In this document: positions 52,446 through 60,000 of the stretch, one piece after another
Position numbering within the stretch: position 1 is the stretch's first letter
How the letters are laid out: every line of letters begins with the position of its first letter
Position numbers and translations under genes: made by a program
NCBI GenBank assembly: GCA_044892525.1
Contig: CM097885.1
Coordinates: 37,388,001 to 37,448,000 of the forward strand
DNA length: 60,000 bases
From: Schmidtea polychroa
Lineage: Eukaryota
Direction of reading: 5' to 3'
Notes under the pieces: generated by a model
What the model saw: the letters and a program-made list of their open reading frames with translations, nothing else
Database searches by the model: none
Told to the model about the DNA's origin: nothing

Positions 52446-53088
52446 GTAAACTCCCAACAATTACGTTTTTAAGATGAGGTTTAGCAGTGATAGCATTATT
52501 TTTTGGTTGGTGACTGCAGTTTCTTGGTTTTGGGTTGTTATCGATATATACTTTTTTATATATAAGTTTGTCATTATTGGTATCTAAGTTAGATATTGGT
52601 AAGTGAGCTATCAGATGAGGGCAAATATATTGGATTTTTGGATTTTCTATACTAATATTTTCAGTGTTTAAAGTTATAAATGATTTACGGGGTTTCGGTT
52701 GAGGTAGTGATAAAGAAGAGTGTGATTTTATGGACCTAAGATTTGACGTGTTTCTATTAGAGTTGGAGAAGGTAAGTGGTTTTGGTATTGGTATTGAGGA
52801 GCACGTCTGTGGTTGTGAAGAGTCTAAAGACGTGGGTTCGTCAATGGATTGTGGTGAAGCGGAAGATGGTTGTGGCGTTATCGTGGTTTGAGGTTGTTTA
52901 TTTTTAGGTGGTTCGTAGTTGGAAGAGGGGAATGGTTTAAGGGATGATTGATTGCGTTTTATTTTATTTAATATAGGAAAGATGAATGAATTTAGTTGTT
53001 TAAATTTGATACTTAATATATAAAAGTAGTCTATAATAATATTGAAGTTTATGATTTTACTATTTTTATTTAATTGCTTATGTATATG

Positions 53089-54267
53089 TGTTGGGGTTCA
53101 GTAGGAACCGGAACTAAAAGTTCTAGAGTTAAATAAAAAATAATTATTAATAGTATTAAATAATTACCAAAAATAGAATTAAAATTACCAACTTTAGAAT
53201 TAAATTATAAATAGTAATAAACAATTACTATATTTAGATTTGTTAACAAAAATAGTATTTGAATAAAAATAAGTAGTAAAAATAGTAATTAAATAATTAC
53301 TATTAATAAAATAGATTAAATAAAAATAGTATAAATACCATTGTAAATTTTAGCTTAAGGACGATACAAAAAGAAAAGAAAAGGAATATTTGAGGCTCAT
53401 CATTATTGATCCAGTACAACGACTAAGACATAAATAGATTCGTTAAAGATTTCATCAAATAAAAATTTGGTTTAGTATCGATTAGAAAGATAACTTTCAC
53501 CAATTGACAATTTGGTATTTATTATCATCGATTAGAAATATAACTTTCACCAATTGACAATTTGGTATTTATTATCATCGATTAGAAATATAACTTTCAA
53601 CAATTGACAATTTGGTATTTACTCATTATTATCGACTTGGAAATATAGCTACCATCAAGTAGAAATTTGGATTTAATAATCATTAGCAAATCAATTGGGA
53701 ACTTAACTCCAATATCTATCTATTGGGGTTGGAAATCAAAAAGAAAAAACAGACTGTAGCATCGATAAAGAAGCTCAAAACCAGTTCACGGTTTCGCTAT
53801 TATTAATTAGTTAGTTGTTACTTTTGAATTGTATATTTATATAGATATATATTATTTCTAAAAATTAAAGGGACACAGTCACCAGCCAACACTTTTGTAG
53901 CTGTTCTAACTGTTATAATTTCAACTATTAACGAATCATCTGGGTTAATAGTATAGCGATAAAACTTCGGGAATCCCTCCTCTTTATCCGTTCACCGATA
54001 TCGGGCTGTTGGCGCATTTAGGGCCAGCCTTGATCATTTGAAATAATCTTTAGGGCGGTTTGTATAACCGACATCTGAGCTTTAGCGTGCAGCCAGTTTT
54101 GTTAATTGTAATTGTATCAATTGTTTGTAAAATACTTTAGTTTTAAATAAATATTTAAAAGCATATTTGTTATTTATATACAAATTACCTACACGCGTTA
54201 TAACTAATATTTGTGGAGTCAGATTTACGTTTGGGTTAGTTCGAGTACCTACCCATCGAACGTAACA
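53089..54267 (+). mobile_element. Solo LTR (family A, longer variant)
   Basis: TGTTGGGGTTCAGTAGGAACCGG...CGTAACA, 4-bp TSD TATG, homologous to 14731-15567. Confidence 0.88.
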
Positions 54268-55220
54268 TATGTATAAACAGCTGATTCTTTAGATTATTTA
54301 GGTTTTTTATAAATTTAATGTTAACATTATTCTTATATGTATAGTACGAATATCCTACAATGGTGGTGTCAAACGGTAAATTTTTTATCTTATATTCATG
54401 TTTTAATATTTTAATTAGCTCTATATAGTCTATATTAACATCATTAAAAAATCTATATATGCTTCTTTCACGGCAAGGTAGTCAATATTATATAGTTTCA
54501 TAAATAGGGATGTTATATCCGCAAAAAATTCGTTACCTATAATGTTTAGATTTTGTAAGTAGTTTTTGTAATGGAGCTACATTATCTATATTATCTATAA
54601 TATCTATACCTGTTTTATTTTCAAATGTGGTGCGTCCTGAGATGATTTGTGGTGAACTTTCTCCCTCAAAGAATGTATTGTTAATTGGAGTGATTTCGCC
54701 TCACATAATCTCAGGGGTGACATTTGCTGTAAGTCAGCCTAAGGCCGACGAGATGCGTATAAGCCTTTCGTCCCCCGAAACATTTTCTCGTGTTTCATCG
54801 GTTATGAAATTTGAATTATAAAATTTGAAATTATTAAAGTCTCTAAAATCATTATCCTTATTATTATTAAATTTAAAATTATTAACGTCTTTAAAATCTT
54901 TAAAATCATATTTATTATTAAGGTATTTTTCATTTTTATTATTTTCTATATAAAAGTTATTTCGAATATCTATATTTTTATTATTTTTATAAAAAGTTTC
55001 ATGCTTTTAAAATTCTCATTAATAAAATCATTTAGCTGGTTATTATTAAAATTTTCATATTTATTTTCATAAAAATCTTTATTTTCCTTATTAAACTTTA
55101 AAAAGTTGCTTATATTTTCTTTATTTTTAAGATTTTTAAAATTATTAAACAAGCTTATGTCAATAATATTACCAAGGTAATTTTGATTATTAATAACCGT
55201 TTTTTAGCGTTTTCCAATAT

Positions 55221-56406
55221 TTATATGAGAACATTTATAGCATGTTCATGCTTTCCTGGATTAAAGTTCCCGGGATTTTGGATCCTTATCAGCCTATTTA
55301 GGTAATCATGGGTTCCTAAATGTGTCTTTTTAACGATATTGATCACTGCTTCCAAGCAGGCTTGGGCTTCATCCTTATTAATTTCAGCATTTCCTGAAAT
55401 AAAAGTCAATGGGTATTCTAAAGAAATAAACTCATTGATTTCTGCCCAGTGTTTATGAATGCTATATAGAAGCAATTCTGCTAAGCACTGGTAAACGGCG
55501 GGTTTCTCGAATATCAATTTCAAAAATATTTTCTCGTGTTTCATCTGTGCACAAAGGTTGATAGTCCTACTAATTATCCCTGCGGCTCCCGTTTCATTTA
55601 ACAGGACACCAGAGAATTGACAATCATAAATACAAACAATGATGCTACAAATACACTCAGATAGTCCAAAATCATCTAGAGCAGTGGTTCCCAACCTTAC
55701 CGGTACCGGTACGCGATAAATAATAAGGAAAACAATACTTTTCGTAAAATAATGTGTTTTTATAAGATAAATCATCAAACCAAAGCGTATTGTCTGTATT
55801 TTTTCAATACGATTACTTTCCCCTTCTATAGTGGTTGGTAACAACGAGACGCATAATCATGAAACCGAGGCAGAGCTGTCATTTCTAAACAACCAAATAC
55901 CGAACAAAGTTCATGTCTCTCCGACGATTAATGCACCTGAATCATATTCTTACATGTTTGGTATTCGACTTTAGTCGTATCGCACACTTTTCGCGCTATA
56001 ACAGCTCTGAGGGGTAATTTGCATCAGCTTGTATGTATTTATTCCTGTTTAAGGAAGGTTACAATTGATTTTTATTACAATGGTAACCAAGGATGTAATG
56101 GTACAACTTGTACGCAACGAATATCGCTTATTGCACAAAATAGCGTAAATTAAATATGTAAGTATATTTAAATACTCTAAATAAATATTTCATGATTTTG
56201 AACTGTATTGTTTTTTTGTTTACAGTAAGCGCCCTGTCCCTTTTCTTTCAGGACTGCACCCCCCTTTTAGGATTCGCTTTTTTCAAAAATAATTATTTAC
56301 AGGTACGCCATCATATTGTCTACTATATACCGGTACAACATTTTAAAAAGGTTGAGAACCGCTGATCTAGAGCGTTCTTCCAGCCATTCCGTTCTATATC
56401 GGCCAT
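55221..56406 (-). pseudogene. Unknown ORF (164 aa when reconstructed) split by a hAT MITE
   Basis: Removing 55682-56372 gives open MADIERNGWKNALDDFGLSECICSIIVC...HAINVLI*. Confidence 0.4.
55682..56364. mobile_element. Charlie/Buster-type hAT MITE
   Basis: TIR CAGTGGTTCCCAACCTT / AAGGTTGAGAACCGCTG; perfect 8-bp TSD ATCTAGAG. Confidence 0.92.
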
Positions 56407-56539
56407 AGAGCGTCCAATTCGAATTCATTGTCCTCCGTCGATATGACTCGCCCGAAAGCTCCAAGATGAGCTCCGGCGAGTCTATGGTAATCGACTTAAT
56501 GCGGTGGCTTTCTGCACCCGTTTTTGCGTTTATTTCTGC

Positions 56540-57240
56540 TTTCAGACAAACATTCATTATACTGCAGTTTTTAATTTAGAGAAATTAATGAACTGCCATT
56601 CTAATAGAGATTGGTATTCCAGAATAAGAGTTAACTGGTTTACCCATTATCTAAACGGATTTAGACTAGATAAGACCTTGGACGCACATGTTGCATTGTG
56701 CATAAAAAATCAAATAGTAAAAACCCTACACCCCGCTTCCTAAAAATAAAAATTTAATATTTCGAGATTACTCTAAGACAATTACCCCTCCTTTTGTAAT
56801 ATACGTAGACTTTGAAGCAATTCACCAAATACACATGCCGATAACAGCCGGTCTACTCTTAATAAATAATTACACAAACACAAAAACATATTTTAATTTT
56901 ATAGGACCAGATTCTGTTTCGTCTTTTTTAAAGAAAGTGGAGGAAATTGCTGTCACAATTGTCCTGCCGTATTATGAAATTCATGGTAGAAAACACATGC
57001 AGACTGTCTTTCAATGATGAACGGCAATTATTTTTTTCTCCAACATGTTATCTTTGTAAAAATAATTTCGAGAATGAGTTAGGGATCATTGTCATTTCTC
57101 AGGTAAGTATCTTAGTGCTGCTTGTAGAAATTGTAATGTTTCTAGGTGAATTCAGAGACAGTTACCTATAGTTTTTCACAATTTAAAGAGATATGATCTC
57201 TATCACATTTTGTAGTATGGTTTGAATGATTTTCCGCAGG
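56540..57240 (+). pseudogene. Polinton/adintovirus-type protein-primed DNA polymerase B N-terminal remnant
   Basis: Across frames: PPFVIYVDFEA (ExoI), CYLC...RDHCHFSGKYLSAACRNCN (endonuclease VII-like), LPIVFHNLKRYD (ExoII). Confidence 0.8.
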
Positions 57241-58189
57241 ATTATACTTATTATCGTTTATATTATCATCGTCATTTTTAACTATTAATGTCATGATTAT
57301 GATTATCATTAACCGTCATCTTTGAAAGATTATTATTGTTATTAGCAATAGTATTTTTATTATTAAGAATATTAAGATTTATGATATTATCACTATCACG
57401 TTGCACCTCATGACACAAATCTTGAGTTTTACAATTCTATGTTCACAAATTAATTATAGTTCGCTTACCAGTAAAGCATTACGCAACCAAAATTTTATTA
57501 CGATCAACATTCTATTCATTATTACTATTATTATCCTTATTAATATTAACCTCGTCATCATACCAGGTTTGTCATTACCGAGCCTGGTTAAGTCCATCCC
57601 GGTTGAATCCCACCCAGGCATCGTCAGTCTTCCCCATCACGGAAACCAGAAATGCTCCGATTCTCGTAGAACCACAGGTATAGAAGGCCCAGGTTCCTCA
57701 AATGCCTCACAGTCCTAAGTGCAAACAGCTTTCTCGCGTTGAAAGGACGAAGTGGAACCGAAGCGGCTCTCTCAGCCAAACTCGAGATAATGGGATTTTT
57801 AAAATTCAAGTCTTATTCGAGTTTTTTTAACTCCTAGTCCAAACCCTAGTCCACAAACCCTTCTTACTACCCCTTGATGAAACTTGCACGAACCTCTTCC
57901 TTCCAGTCACTATTTCAATTTTCGACACCGGAAACACCAACAAAATTTATTATTTATGTTTCATTGTCTAAATAAATTTCATAAAAAATCTGATTGCCTA
58001 TAAAACCTTCAAAATGACCATTGTGTTACCATTATATACCTTGAATAATAAACCTTGGAAAACCCGACTATAATGATATCTCATTCACCTTCTTACGATA
58101 CTTAAAACAATTTTGATTTTCCCTCAAAAGTTGGTGAGATATCCATTATTTATTGCCCATTGCACACCGACAATTTTTTCTACCCCAAA

Positions 58190-59730
58190 AATATGACGTG
58201 TGTGTAGAAATAAATCTTTTTGGAGGGAAAGAAGAAAATGCAAATGACTGGCTTGTATCTATTGAAGAATTTGTGACAATAAATTCGCTCAATTTCGGAG
58301 CAGCGTTGGATTTGTTATTGCATGGAGACGCAAGAGTTATGGATAACCTTTAAGGAAACACAAAAGACTCTGGCCTCAGATCAAGAGGTAAAAGGTTGGT
58401 TTATTTTAAAATATGTAAAATCCAAAAGTTTTTGCAAAATATTCGAGACATGAGTCTGATAAAGCAGAGATCTGAAGAAAGGTTGATGAAGCGTCTCAGT
58501 TAAAAACAGCGTTTCTACAAAGAAAGGACAGTTTTGCTACAATCGAATGCCGTTTTGATTATCAACAGCTGCAGCAACTTTCCAAAGATGTATGCACATA
58601 TATTATTTAATGATATTTTATATAACGGTGTTGCAACATATTTAGATGATTTTCTGATATATGGGAAAACTATAGCAGAACACAATATAAATTTGGAGGA
58701 AGTTTTCAAGCCAAAAAAAAATTTGCAGGATTAAGGATAAATCCTAAGAAGTGTAGTTTTTATAAGAGTCAATTGATATTCTTGGGTCATAAAATTTCAA
58801 CAGAAGGAATATCCACGAATAACAATATGATAAAAAGAATTATTGAGATTGAAATACCGAAATGCAGCAAACAACTACGTTCATTTTATGATTAGCAAAT
58901 TATTATCGCAAATTTGTTCCAAATTTTGCTGAAATAGCTAAATCGCTGTATGAAGCTACAAAGGGACATGAAAAAGATATTAAATGAAATGACGAATGTG
59001 AGGAAAGTTTCCGAAAACTTAAACATGTATTATCGAGTGCACCAATATTGGCGTTTCCAAATAAGGTAGATTACTTTATATTGGATACTGACGCGTGTTT
59101 TAGTAAAATTGGTGCTGTTCTAAATGATCGTGAAAAAGTTATAGCATATGGTTCAAGACTTTTAAGTACTCACGAGAAAGAATACTGTGTGATTAGAAAA
59201 GAACTATTAGCAATATACGAGTACGTCTTATATTTTCGGCATTATTTATATGGAAAAAATTTGATATAGGTTTTAAAGTTCTTAAATCAACTTCGAAACC
59301 AATAAGTGAGTTGTCAGGTTATTATTTTGATTTAAAATATAGGAAGGGTGATATTGAGGATATTGCTAAGTTATTGTTCACAATGTCAAACCGAACCCGA
59401 AGAATGAAAACATGAGAAGAGCCGAATAATATTTTTAAACGTGATTACTTCAAGTAATTTAAATATGCAGGTATATATTGAGAATCAGTAAACAGATAAT
59501 TTGCTGTCTACAATAAAGAAATATGTACTAAACCCGAACTCTGAGATACCTCACTCAATTCGGGATTCCCCATATTTGAAAAGATTTGATCAGCTATTGG
59601 TAAAAGACAATCTGTTATTAATAGTAAATGAGGATAAACAGAAGATAATAATTCCGCAGAAGATAGCGTTACAAGTCGTACAGCATATGCACAAAGAACT
59701 CTGTCATTTAGGAGTTAAGAAAACAACAAA
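58190..59730 (+). pseudogene. Heavily decayed Gypsy gag-pol
   Basis: YLDDFLIYG, FILDTDA, IAYGSRLLS...RKELLA, HKELCHLG. Confidence 0.85.
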
Positions 59731-59797
59731 TTATTTTTTCCTTATGTTGAATTCTGTTGAAACCCTTGGATGCATACATTTTATTACTCTGATATTA

Positions 59798-60000
59798 TCT
59801 CTTTATATATAAAAAAGCTAAGGGTTCCGTCCATCCGAATTTTACTTTTTTTAAAATATTTTTAATGAAGTATTTAATCTTTTGTACTTATCGTTCTATA
59901 TTACTTATAAACGGTTTATGCTATTATCTTTTATCATAGTTATGTAAACATATTAATAAATTGAATCTTACTCCTGTCCAAGAATACCCTGGATATTAAC
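59798..60000 (+). mobile_element. Possible Helitron 5' end, running off the window
   Basis: A|TCTCTTTATATATAAAA...CCGTCCATCCG resembles non-autonomous Helitron starts; 3' CTAG end not visible. Confidence 0.35.

Overview
AT-rich eukaryotic (animal-like) DNA with short 47-nt GT-AG introns. The only clear host gene is the 3' part of eIF3a (1-1626). The rest is a stack of nested mobile elements: a recent Gypsy LTR retrotransposon (4159-11779) interrupted by a hATm-like transposon, three solo LTRs, a Buster/Charlie-type hAT expanded to 7.8 kb, hAT MITEs, an RLE-type (NeSL/R2-like) non-LTR retrotransposon, a Polinton pPolB relic and several Gypsy relics. The standout is a 17.5-kb non-coding giant palindrome (15892-33370). 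It has ~8-kb near-identical inverted arms around a ~0.93-kb spacer, AGTAG termini, subterminal hairpins and a perfect 6-bp TSD (CTTATA) supported by an empty-site paralog in the window. It resembles a non-autonomous Polinton/Maverick-type element made almost entirely of TIR. Also notable are a TA-flanked TIR family with eight terminal copies and a compact cluster of small decayed ORFs, including an intron-containing Bcl-2-like gene, beside one of those termini. All calls come from reading the sequence by eye; no searches were run.
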